From Euglena gracilis (Eukaryota): 64,000 bases of DNA. The notes beneath the pieces are model-generated. The model searched no databases. It saw only the letters and a list, made by a program, of their open reading frames with translations, and was not told the origin of the DNA. Both the position numbers and the translations under genes were made by a program. The stretch lies in NCBI GenBank assembly GCA_039621445.1, contig CP154954.1, positions 4,516,714 to 4,580,713 on the forward strand, in the 5' to 3' direction. Positions 12,701 through 23,303 of this stretch are shown in pieces (the stretch's first letter is position 1; each line of letters begins with the position of its first letter).

Positions 12701-15700
12701 AAATGCACTGCCGTTTCTCCCGATCAGAGGACCGGAAGTTGCCTCCCTTGGGTAGCTGTCACCTCGGGCGTCCATGGGTTTGGTGGCAATTCGTAACAGT
12801 GGGCACCCCTTCAGGTCGACCCCCCGCCTCCTTTGCACTTCAACCCCCGCCGCAAAGCCAAATCCATCCACTTCGCCCTGGCCGAATCGGAAGCACGCGA
12901 GCTCCCGATGCCACCTTCGGTGGCCACATTCCTGCTGCATTGCTGCAACCCGTCCGGATGAATTTGTGGCAGAAAGCACCTTAACGCCCCTTTGGGGGGG
13001 GGGGGGGCGGGGGGTGCACCGGGGGGGAGGAGGGCATATGGGGCCACCCAGTTCCACGTTTAGGGAAAGTCAAAGTTGGGGTCAGGGTTCCGGCCTGACT
13101 CCCGGTAGGCTCCCATTTTTAGGAAGTTGGGAAAAGTGAGGCCGCATTTTGGACGCAGTCAGGAATTTAGGCAGAATTCGAACAATTTTTTTTGCTAAAA
13201 TTTATTTCCAAAAATTTTCTCGAACGTAGACATTTCTTCCGGCCTAACTTGGACCCTGAAGTTGACCAATTTCGGCACGCCGATCCCAACCCTGATCCTA
13301 TTCCTACAAATAGGACAACAGCCTCCCCGAATCCAGTGCAAGATATCCACTTTGGCTGCGCTTCCCAGCCGCCGGACCAAACCGTCGAGAAATGGGACCG
13401 GGTGGCCCTGTCACCCCCCCCCCTTGGAACACTCCAATGCCCCCCCTCCAGCTGCCAGGGGAGCTCCCTGCCGCATTTGTTCACCCTTGAAAATCGACCA
13501 AAAAGCTAACACGGATGATTATTTGGTAGAAATATGCCAGAACCCTAAGCTTCCTTTGGCTGGAGCGCCGAAGAAAAAAAAACAGAGCCTTTGGGAGGGG
13601 TCTTGGGGTGCCCAGGAGTTCTGGACCACTTCGGGGCGGACAGTTGTCCCCTTCCTCTGTGATGCCCACCTTATCACCCAAAGGTCACTGCCACCCCCCC
13701 CCCCCGTGGGAAGAAGATACGCACTGGAAATCGCGGCATGCCTAAATACCCCCCAAATACAAAAGCCCCCCACCCCGCTTCAAATTTGGACAGGATTTCA
13801 AAACCTTCAGGCTTTATACTGGGGGGGAAATCAAACTTTTTGGGGTGGCCTGTGACCTTCGGCGACCTTCAATTTATGGCCCGATTAAGTGGGTGCAGCC
13901 AAGGGAGGGGATGCAGCAACTTGGAATGTGGCTGCCGACGGTGGCATCGGGCAATTGGACACCGACGGAGGTCGCGTGCTTCCGATTCGGCCAGGGCGCA
14001 GTGGATGGATTTGGCGTTGGGGCGGGGGGTGAAGTGCAAAGGGTGGCGGAAGGGTTGACCTGAAGGGGTGCCCTCTCGTGTCAATCCAGTCGCATTTGCC
14101 TTGGGGCACGAATTGCCATCAAACCCATGGACACTGCCCTGTTTCATGTCGTTGCTCGACCCAACCAGATCTGAGAGGCCCCCCACAGGGCTTAAGCGTA
14201 CCTCTGGGGGATGTATGGGAAGCAGGCTTTTGCTTAAGGACCCCCCCGGGGGGGGGGGGTACTGGCTAGCCAATCGGCTGGACACTGGAAAAAGTGGACT
14301 AGCTAGACCCCCCCTCCCCCCCGGGGGGGGGGGGGGGTCCGGGGGTCCCCCGGACTGGAAAAAAAATTTTCCTCCGGCGCTGCGCGCTGGAGGAAAAATG
14401 AGGTTTTTAACAGGTTTTTGGCTGATTTTGTTCCAAAAATTCCCAAAAATGGCCAAAAACGGGCATTTTTGGCCATTTTTGGGGGTCCCAAAAAAATTTT
14501 CGGCGCTTCGCGCCGGTCACTGGAAAAAAAATTTCCACTAGCTAGCCCTGCTAGCAGACCCCCCCGGGGGGGTGGGGGTCTGCTAGAAATCCCACTAGCC
14601 AAATTTGGACTAGCTGCAGCCCAGCCCCCCCCCCCCGGGGGGTACTGCAATCCCTTAAGCAAAAGCCTGGTGGGAAGCCTTGGGGGGGTAGCCCCCCCCA
14701 CATCGAAACTGATATGGGTCCGGAATTTTTTTGGTTTTGTGGACAGGCAAAGGGCCAGATACAAGGCCAAAATTGTTGGACATCCCTGATTTTTCTTTGA
14801 AATGTTTTTTTTAAAAAAAATTTGAACACTTCTGACTTGGAAAACACAAAAACATCAAAAGGTAGGCAATGTGCTCAAAAGTGAAGCAAAACGTGTTTTT
14901 TTTTTGCTCATTTTCCGGTGGCAGCACTGGAAAAAAGTTCACGCTATTTTTGGAACCTGCCGAGGAGGGGGGCCCGGACACCCCCTCCAACACATGGGGA
15001 TCCAGATCCCCCCTATCACTTTACCACCCCCCTAGTTGCACTATGGCTGTGTCTCTGTTCATGGCCGGCGCTAACTTCGCTTCTGGCCCAGTTTGCTGTA
15101 TGGCCAGGTACCCCTTACACCCCCACCTCACCGCCCGCCCGGGGGGGGGGGTCGCCCCCCATACCCAATACTGACAGCCTTCATATCCCTGGGTCCAGCT
15201 CAGAGGCTGGAAAATATGGGCTGGCTGGAAAAGCCACCCCCCCCCCCGGGGGGGATGGGTTCCTACAGCTTAAAGGTCCTGCTAAGACGTCCTGGCCCCC
15301 CATCACAGCGGTGAGGGATGGGGCAAGGGACCTGGAGGCAGACTACGGAGCGGGCGTTGCCGTGCAGCTCCGTGACGGCCCGGCTGCCCGCCGCCGCGTG
15401 CAGCCCGTCCACGTTCTGCGTGAGAATGGCGCCACCGCTGCCGCGCCACGGCGGCCGGCGGGAGAGTGAGCTGGTCCGTGTGTCCGTTCCGGGGCTGGCA
15501 GCCATGGTTTGCTCACCCCCCCCCAGGGAAGTGGTCACCGAACAGGTTCGTTCGCTTCTGCTTCAGGTGCAACGGCCGTCGAAAAGCACCACACAAAAAA
15601 AAAATAGCAAGAACACAACCAAAAAAAAACTAAAAGAATTTCATGTGCAGTTCTGGATCTGGGAAAAATCAAACCGCTAGCTTAAAATGCACGGCGCAAA

Positions 15701-17976
15701 CCTTCACTGGGAACTTCCCATGGCGGCGGGGGGAGGGAGCTACCTATCTGCCCCCCCCCCTGCCTCCCGGTCCATGAGGTTGTCCCCTGGCAAGAACCAG
15801 CGAGTGCAAACCGGGTGGCAAATCTGTGGAGCTTTCCAAAGTGGCCAAGCTGCCATGTTGGGCCGACAGTGTCTTCTGGGCTGTGTGATCGTTTTGTGGG
15901 GGTGAGAATTTCACAGGACGGGGGGTGGGACTGGATGGCCACAATTCTGTCATCCAGCGGCAGCGTTGGGTGTGGTGGACCCATCCGCGTGCCTCCAACT
16001 CAGCCAGGGCGAAGTGTATGGCGTTTGGCTGTGGGAGGGGGGGTGGAGGGGGAGAGCCGGCTCACATCCGAGGACCACAAAGCACTTGCTATTGTCATCC
16101 CGTGTCTCGTCATTGTCATCAAAGAGTTGTCATCCCCTGTCCTGCAAGCAGCCATCCCAGCCAACCGAGCACTGCCAGCCCGACCTTGCTCGGCGGTTCC
16201 AACCCTCCAAGTATGTTGCAAAAGGAGGCCAAAAAAAAGCTGGGAACTATATTTTCAAGAAAGGAAACAGGGGGGAGACAAACCTTTGCCTGGGCAAACC
16301 GGTCCCAGCCGAGGTATGCCCTCGCCCAATATCGCTGCCGCTTCTCGGGCGACTTCACAAACTCCTGGTACGTCGTGGGCTTGTGGCCTGAGAGACAGCA
16401 GCGCCACTGTCCTCCGAAGAAGACTTTTCCAGACAGGAGACAACTCCATGGAAAGGATGGTACTTTCAGTCATGTGGCAACCCTCTCTTTTTAGCATCGG
16501 GGCCCGGAAGCAAAATCAATCGGGCTTTTTCGACGGATGACAGCTTTGAATTTCATTGACATGAACGTTGACAAATCAGACGAAAGAATCGTACACAAAA
16601 TAATCAAATAAAAAATCATGCACACATAAATAATGATGAAAAAGAACAATAGGCTGATAGGCACAATTTGCTGAAAGTGTCAGGAAACACTTACCAACCT
16701 GAATGGGAAATGTAAGGTTTAAAATTGTAAGGGTGGTGGCCAGGCTGTTGCTTAAGGCCCCCCCGGGGGGGGGGGGTACTGGCTAGCCAATCGGCTAGAC
16801 ACTGGAAAAAGTGGACTAGCTAGACCCCCCCTCCCCCCCCGGGGGGGGGGGGGTCCGGGGGTCCCCCGGACTGGAAAAAAAACGAGGTTTTTAACAGGTT
16901 TTTGGCTGATTTTGTTCCAAAGATTCCCAAAAATGGCCAAAAACGGGCATTTTTGGCCATTTTTGGGGGTCCCAAAAAAATTTTTGGCGCTTCGCGCCGG
17001 TCACTGGAAAAAAATTTTCCACTAGCTAGCCCTGCTACCAGACCCCCCCCCCGGGGGGGGGTCTGCTACACCCCCCCCCGGGGGGGGGGGCCTGCTAGAA
17101 AACCCACTAGCCAAATTTGGACTAGCTGCAGTCCAGCCCCCCCCCCCCGGGGGGGGTACTGCAATCCCTTAAGCAAAAGCCTGGTGGTGGCAACTGGATC
17201 GCAAGCTTCTTCTGGGGACCCAAACAACCCCCTCCGGGACACTGTCATGTCTCAGAAACTAAACCCCCCCAAAAATAAGACCGGGGGTCCATTTCATGGG
17301 TTGGTTGCTGGAAAGCCCGAGGGGGGGTCTTATTCATGGGGGGGGTCCATTTTATGGATTTTTGCTGGAAAAATTTTCGACCCCCCAAATGTCCAAAAAT
17401 GACACCCCAAAATACCACTTTTCAAAAAATTCGGCGCTTCGCGCCAGACAAATAGGGTAAAATATGCTGAATTGTGTGAAAACAGTCCCAAAATAGCAGA
17501 TTTTCCCCCCCCAAAATGTACCATTTTTCAAAAATCTGGCGCTTCGCGCCGGCAGGGGGGGTCTTATTCATGGGGGGGGTCCATTTCATGGATTTTTGCT
17601 TGGACCGGCCAGGGGGGGTCTTATTTTTTGGGGGGGTCCATTTTATGGGGGGGGTCTTATTTTGGGGGGGGGGGTTTATCAGGTATAAGGTCCCTGGTAC
17701 TCACCAACGTGCCAGGTGACAGTTTCCGGGGGGGGTACTTATTGATGAAGGGCCACACGTAAACCACTCAGGGAGGGAGACGCTGCAGGGGCTCGGCAGT
17801 CCAACCACACCTTGGGACAGGCTGCCAGACGGGGAGCGATAGTCAGGGATGCCGGACTCCGTGCTGCAGCCCGCCCCCGTCACGACCAGCAGGCGGCGGA
17901 CTTGCCCGAGGAGGGCTGTCAGCGCACGCACGGCCTCGGGGGCCAGCGGCGGGGCGGCCGGCGCGAAGCCGGGCAT
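9796..17976 (-). CDS. SIRT4: NAD-dependent sirtuin, class II (SIRT4-like), ~9-10 exons
   Basis: Exons 17811-17976+, 16284-16387, 15972-16028, 15332-15427, 12437-12502, ~12048-12098, ~11563-11676, (10927-10941?), 10784-~10845, 9796-9934 give [40 protein letters not shown], CxxC, RPDGD, [17 protein letters not shown], GTSLQV and NVGPTRGD. Five introns are clean GT-AG (16388-17810, 16029-16283, 12503-15331, 9935-10783 verified in frame; two junctions unresolved). Start may be further upstream. Confidence 0.95.
9970..10663. mobile_element. hAT-like MITE, family C, carrying a nested element
   Basis: Ends CAGGGCTTTTTTAAGAC / [29 protein letters not shown] / GATAGGAC 6/8. Confidence 0.8.
10018..10452. 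mobile_element. hAT-like MITE, family F, nested in 9970-10663
   Basis: Perfect 19-bp TIR CAGGGTTCGATATAAGGAG; TSD CACCCACC 8/8; diverged copy at 18781-19152. Confidence 0.9.
12099..12436 (-). other. Nonconventional intron 5 of SIRT4; body 12104-12433 is a diverged family-A MITE
   Basis: Perfect 8-bp direct repeat GCCCACCC (12096-12103 / 12434-12441) around CAGGC...GCCTG; splicing gives [22 protein letters not shown]. Confidence 0.85.
12771..14131. repeat. Inverted repeat pair (12771-~12945 and ~13910-14131) containing decayed copies of SIRT4 exon 3
   Basis: TCCATGGGTTTGGTGGCAATTCGT mirrors ACGAATTGCCATCAAACCCATGGA; both arms contain CCATCCACTxCGCCCTGGCCGAATCGGAAGCACGCG. Confidence 0.85.
14223..14669. 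mobile_element. hAT-like MITE, family A
   Basis: TIR CAGGCTTTTGCTTAAGG; TSD ATGGGAAG / GTGGGAAG 7/8. Confidence 0.92.
15428..15971 (-). other. Nonconventional intron 3 of SIRT4
   Basis: CAC CAC|ACC-CAACGCTGCCGC...GCGGCAGCGGTG-GCGCC|ATT CTC; 11/12-bp terminal stem; splicing gives WVHHILTQNVD. Confidence 0.8.
16741..17183. mobile_element. hAT-like MITE, family A
   Basis: TIR CAGGCTGTTGCTTAAGG / CCTTAAGCAAAAGCCTG; TSD GTGGTGGC 8/8. Confidence 0.92.
17260..17678. mobile_element. MITE with TAAACCCCCCC-type TIR and internal sub-repeats
   Basis: TAAACCCCCCCAAAAATAAGACC / GGTCTTATTTTGGGGGGGGGGGTTTA; repeated GGGGGGTCTTATTCATGGGGGGGTCCATTT; similar architecture at 45249-45635. Confidence 0.65.
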
Positions 17977-18060
17977 GTGTGGCGGCCTGGGGCCCCGGGA
18001 GGGCTGGGCCGACCCACAGTTTTGTGCGGGGGTTGGCCGGTACCCGGGGGACGCTGACAG

Positions 18061-18227
18061 TACCCCCCCCCCCCCGGGAAACTGTCGCCTGACAGGTCGG
18101 CCAGTACCGGGGACCCTGACAACTTCCCATACTGACCGGTCGGCGGGTACCGGGGACCCTGACAGTTTCCCGGGCGGGACCCTGACAGGTTCTCGGGCAT
18201 GACAGTTTCCCGGGGGGGGGGGGGGTA
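18061..18227. mobile_element. TA-flanked MITE (poly-C/poly-G TIR)
   Basis: TA-(C)n-GGGAAACTGTC ... GACAGTTTCCC-(G)n-TA; partial ends also near 17718, 40045, 40810, 43957, 60310. Confidence 0.7.
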
Positions 18228-18780
18228 GGTATCCCAGGCAAGACACCGGCGGGTTTTTGGGCATATGGGATATGGCAGTTTCTGAGGGAGAACTGGCGAC
18301 CCTGGTGCAGGCAATCGTTTGAGCTTTCCGCTGGGGAGGGAGGACGAGGTTCCCACTTTCCATGTTGAAAAAAAAAAGGACAAGTCGCTTTCCAAAAGCC
18401 AGTCAGGCACTCTCCTCATCCCCCCCGGGAGGAGGGTCACTGTCGAAAACGACGAACATGCAAACAAAGGAAGACAAAAAGGCCCGAAAAAAAAGTTCCG
18501 CACTTCCCACCGGGACCATTTTGGGGGGAAATGCAACCCAACCTCAAACCCTCAACTTCGCTTCACCCAGGGAGAGGTGAGCAGCGAAAAAAAAAACCCA
18601 TTCACCCCCCCCAGAACCTTGAAAGCCAAAGTTTTAGCAACTATCTGCTCTGGTACTATTTGAGACTAGAGATATGCACCACTTGGAAAATGTGTCAGAA
18701 AAACCTGTGCCCAGCCGATTCCCTTACCCATGACTCTGGCTGCTTGGGGCTCATACACTGGAATAAGAAGTGTACCTCCC

Positions 18781-19152
18781 CAAGGCTTCGATAAAAGGGC
18801 AGGTGGGGGGTCCAGACCCCCTCCGGTCCAGGAGGGGGGTACACCCCCCACCAAAACAGTGACGCGGTCCGGGTGACTGATTTTCAGCACGTGCGTTGCT
18901 CCGGGCCTAAATTTTTGATCCCCCAAAACAGCCAAAAGTGCCATTTCGGGCACTTTTGGGGCAAAAATATTGTCAAAAATACAAAAAAAAATTCGGCGCA
19001 AAGGCCTTTTGGGGGGGTCCGGGTACCCCCCCCCCCTGGGTTGGTCCACACTTGGCAGGTGGGGGGTCCGGACCCCCCTCCGGTCCAGGAGGGGACGGGT
19101 GAGGGTGACACCCCCACCTAAACCCCGTGTGCCGTCCTTATATTGAACCCTG
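18781..19152. mobile_element. Diverged family-F MITE
   Basis: Colinear similarity to 10018-10452; right end CCTTATATTGAACCCTG. Confidence 0.7.
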
Positions 19153-19525
19153 CCCCCCCCCCCTTATCTAAGCACTGGAAAACATGGGTAAGCACAAAAT
19201 ATATTTACCAAACTATGGGTAAGAACCAGGGGGTGGTGCTCAGACAAGAGGGAAATTTTCGACTGCGAAAAAAGTCCGACGCTTCGCGCCGAAAAGGAAA
19301 AATTTCCCTTTATTCGGAGGTCCACTGTTGCACTCATAGGAATTTGGATGCAAAAATCAACAAAATCTCATCATAGCAGGCTTCAGAAATTTCTAAAATT
19401 TTCCAAGTTTTCAAGAGATTTCTCTAAAAACACACACAAAATAAGCCTCCCCGAGAAGACCTTTAAAGAGACGGGTAAGAACCAGGAGGTGGTGCTCAGA
19501 CAAGGGTTCTTAGACAGGAGGGGGA
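19153..19525. mobile_element. Dispersed repeat homologous to ~60931-61600 (host of nested MITEs)
   Basis: Shared blocks GTGCTCAGACAAG, GCGCTTCGCGCCGAA, CCACTGTTG, AGGCTTCAGAA, GATAAG/AATAAG..CTCCCC..GAAGA; 32-bp internal direct repeat at 19217 and 19473. Confidence 0.65.
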
Positions 19526-21436
19526 CACACACACACATCACACACACACACACACCAGGGCGGTCCTTACCCGCCCCCCCCCTTGTCGTACGACCGGGTT
19601 CCTGCAACCTGTGACCGGGGGGGGGGGGGGGGGGGCGGGGTCGTAACACCCCCATAATTGCAACCTGCGACCGGGGGGGTGGTCGTAAATGAGGCGGCGG
19701 TCGTAGGTCGGTGGTGTTAAATTTTTCGCAACCTGCAACCTGTGACCGGGGGGGGGGGGTCATAACACCCCCATGACCTGCAACCTGTGAGGTAAGTTGC
19801 ATGACTTTTAAAACACCCAGGGGGTCACACGTGGGCGTCTCCACTCTCTGGGATTCTGTTCCATTATCCATCCACATAAAACAGTAAAAAAAAAAAATAA
19901 ATTAATTAATTAAATGCGAAACTTGAGGCAAAGGACTGCGGGAGAGCTGTTCTGGGGACAATGCAAGCAGCCCAGAAACAGACAGGCAGGCCCACTGTCC
20001 CAAGGTCCGGGCAGCGGCGGAGTGTGTTCGTCTCGAGCCGTGTCGACATGGACAGGAGGGGTCAGTCAACAGCCACACAGAACAGCCGTCTCTGCCAAGG
20101 GCCACGGATCCAGGGAGTGGAAGGAACCACATCCACCCACCCACCCCCTGGGGCCCAGAAGACCCACTCAATTTTCCGGGAAAATGGCCAAAAAGTTAGG
20201 AAAATGCTAAAAATAATGCCTTTTCAAAAATTTTTGGCGCCATCGGTGCTTTCCGAAAAGTATATCCCTCCCCTGTGGGGACCCCCCAGGGGGGAGGCTC
20301 GGCCACGCACCCACCCCACCCCCCTCTCCCCCCGGGGGTCCAAGACTAAAAAGAAAAACCCCTGTCCTCCACAGACACCACCACGGTGATGTGAGGTGGT
20401 CTGCGGTGCCACAGCCGGGGTTGGAGAGTGCCGCCCATGCGTGTTGAGGGCTCTGCTTTCGCCCGTGGCATTTCTGGTTCAGACCAGAGTTGTTGTTTTT
20501 TTTTTGAAACCTCTGCTTGCCATCCCTTGCCGACCTGGACCCTGGGGTATGAATGCAAATGTTATTTGTCAGAAATTTCCATGTTTTTATAAAAATTAAT
20601 ATCTGACATTACATATTATTAATATTATATATAATATAAAAATTTCCATCCATATGTTTCTGGAGACAGAATTCTGGCCACAAAACGAGTTGCGGGTGCA
20701 ATTTTTGAAACGTGCAATTTGCTATTTCCCGTCCATTCCTTCCATTGTTTAATCCAATCATGATTTGAGGGTAGGAAAGTGTTTTTCCAGTCGTTGCGGC
20801 GTTTTTTTTCGCCGACGTTGCCGATACAATCACCCTGCCCATAGCTTTTTGGCCCAAGAAGCCAAAAAAGAAAAACGTTTGGTTCACTTTGGGTAAATGT
20901 TGTGCCCCTTTCGCTCAGCCAAATATCGGTTGCTGTGTTGGGCGAACTGTCCACATACCGGTGGGAAACTGCCTTTTCCGACTCTCCTCATCCCAAAAAG
21001 TCCCCACAATCCCCCCTGAAACCCACAGAATATCTAACCCCGAGGCTTTGGGAGGCCTAAACAGCTGAGATCTGTCATCTTTGAACTGACATCCCTGGAG
21101 GTATTGCCTTGCACCATTCCGTCTTGGCAAAATGCATGCATTTGTGAAAAATTCTTGAGGGTATTTTTATTTTGAAGTTTATTTTTCGCAGAACGCAAAT
21201 AAAAAAAAAACGGGGGAACAGCTTTCAAAGGAATTGAAAAATCCTGACGGGGTCGCAGATTTTGTTTGTCTGGATTCACCTGGCCGACGGAGGCGAGAAG
21301 GAAGGTGTCGTATGCAGGTCACGAGCTGGCAGTGAAAGAAATTTTATTTGTGCCAAACGTGGCAAGCGAGGCAGACCCTCAATAGGACCATGTTTTTGTG
21401 CGGGCGGCAGGCAGACATGCTGGCAGTGGAACACGG

Positions 21437-23264
21437 TCAGCGGGGCAGGACAGGCTCGCCGACGAGTGCAAACGGGGGCCGGCCGCGCTGGTTCCGGAGG
21501 CGGGGCGGCGGCGCCTCCTCCAGCCACGTGCGTTTGGACCGCCACGTCATGTACGCCTCGGCCACAGTCCGCGCGTAGGCGCGATAGTGTGCTTTGTGTG
21601 CAATACGGGGTGGGGTGCGTATGTGTGGGGTGTCGGTATATATACCGTACAGAGCATGGAGGATGGAGCGACACATGGTGGTCCTGTCAACGCTGGTTGT
21701 GGTGGCAGTGACTCTGTCAAGGCGGACATTTTGGGCAATAAACGGCAAAAATAGTGTAAAATTGCCTGAAATCGAGGCTTTGGGCTGGGCATGACCCACA
21801 AATTTGGAGGTATGAAAAATAATGCCACATTCTTTTACGTATACATATTACATATTGCATACGTGTGCGTTTGTTTGTGCATTCGCGCATGTATGTTTGT
21901 GTTTGTGCGTGTGCACAGGGGTGTGTGTGTGTGTGCGTGCGTGCGTGCGTGTGCACGCCCTCATGCATGTGTGCCTGCGCACTCATGTCAAGTTACACTC
22001 AAGTCTGTGGGGGGGGGTGCGCGCGTGCATGCGCGGGTGTTTGTGTTGGTGGATGGGTGGGTGGGAGAGGGTGCAGGCATGTGGGTGTGAGTATACTAAA
22101 TAAAAAAAAATAGGTCTAACCACAATAGGTGCGTCGAAGCCCTGTTGATTGTGGATTAAGTGTCACCAACCTGCACCTTTCAGCCCCGTCTCACAGCAGA
22201 ATGCATATCGGCACTTCAGACACAGAGGGACAGACACAGACTGGGTGAACGTCGAGTCCGCCACCCGGCGCGCGAACTCGAGGTCGGCGGGCTGGAGCAC
22301 CGTCCGCAGGGGGAGGGGGCCCGGCCGGCCGAGGTGCCGGAGGTACTCATACCGCGCTCGGATGACGGACCGGAACGGCAGCCCCAAATAGGCCGGGAAG
22401 CCGTTGATGGCAGAGACAAGGTCAGAGGGCCTCGGGTGCCAAGTTCGGCAATTCAGTCATCAGATGTAGCAAGAAACGTGCTGTGTCCATCGGGGGGAGG
22501 GGGTTGCTACTGTCAATGGCGCATGTCAATTGCTAATGTCAATTGCAAGGATTTCATTTTGGAAATCTGTTCTCAAAAGACCAGCCCAAAGTTTTGGTTG
22601 TTTCCAAGTTCAATCATTCTCATCTGCCATTCAATTGAAGATGAGCATGCACCAGTCCTTTTGAAATACCAGAAGAAGAACAATCCTTTTGAGCCCCTTC
22701 CACCCTTTTCATACAAATACAACAACTAACAGCAAAAAGAGTATACGTATGTATGTACATATATTATAATGCCCGGCTCTTAGACAGATTGAGATCAGGG
22801 TTTGGCAAATCTCGAAGTTTTTTTGGGCCTCATATTTCAATGAAAGAATGCAAAAATAGCAAAATTTCAAAAAAAATCCTCAAAATCGCAAAGATCCTCA
22901 AAATTGCGGAACGCTTTAATTCTTCCCTGGAATGCGCATCGCGGTTGTGTTTTGTGGGGAGGTCTTTTTGGGAGGAGTCCGTTCAATCCTTGAACAATTC
23001 AAATGTTCAACCCTTTTTACAGTCCCCATTTTTTTTGTTCAACCAGTTTTGGCAGTTTATCGTTTTTTTCTTCGCTAAAAGGGCCACGTTTTGTCGGCAT
23101 GCTCGTTTGTGCTGAGGGGCAGGTCTGATGGAGACCAAAAGTCCATTCTGATTATTATAATTATTATCATCAGCAGCAGCAGCAGCAGCATTTATTATTA
23201 TTATTATTATTATTATTATCATCATTATCATCATCATTATCATTCATTATTATCATTATTATCA

Positions 23265-23303
<39 letters not shown>

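Noticed and set aside
11557-12755. 362-aa and 255-aa plus-strand ORFs
   Set aside because: Antisense shadows of GC-rich SIRT4 exons and a MITE; no recognisable domain.
12852-12862. GCAAAG-CCAAA looking like the spliced exon 2/3 junction (cDNA origin of the exon copy)
   Set aside because: The genomic acceptor context CCCCCTCCCACAGCCAAA explains it equally well and the second copy lacks it.
19990-20049. Possible upstream SIRT4 first exon (MSTRLETNTLRRCP)
   Set aside because: No supportable splice junction to 17986; left out of the model.
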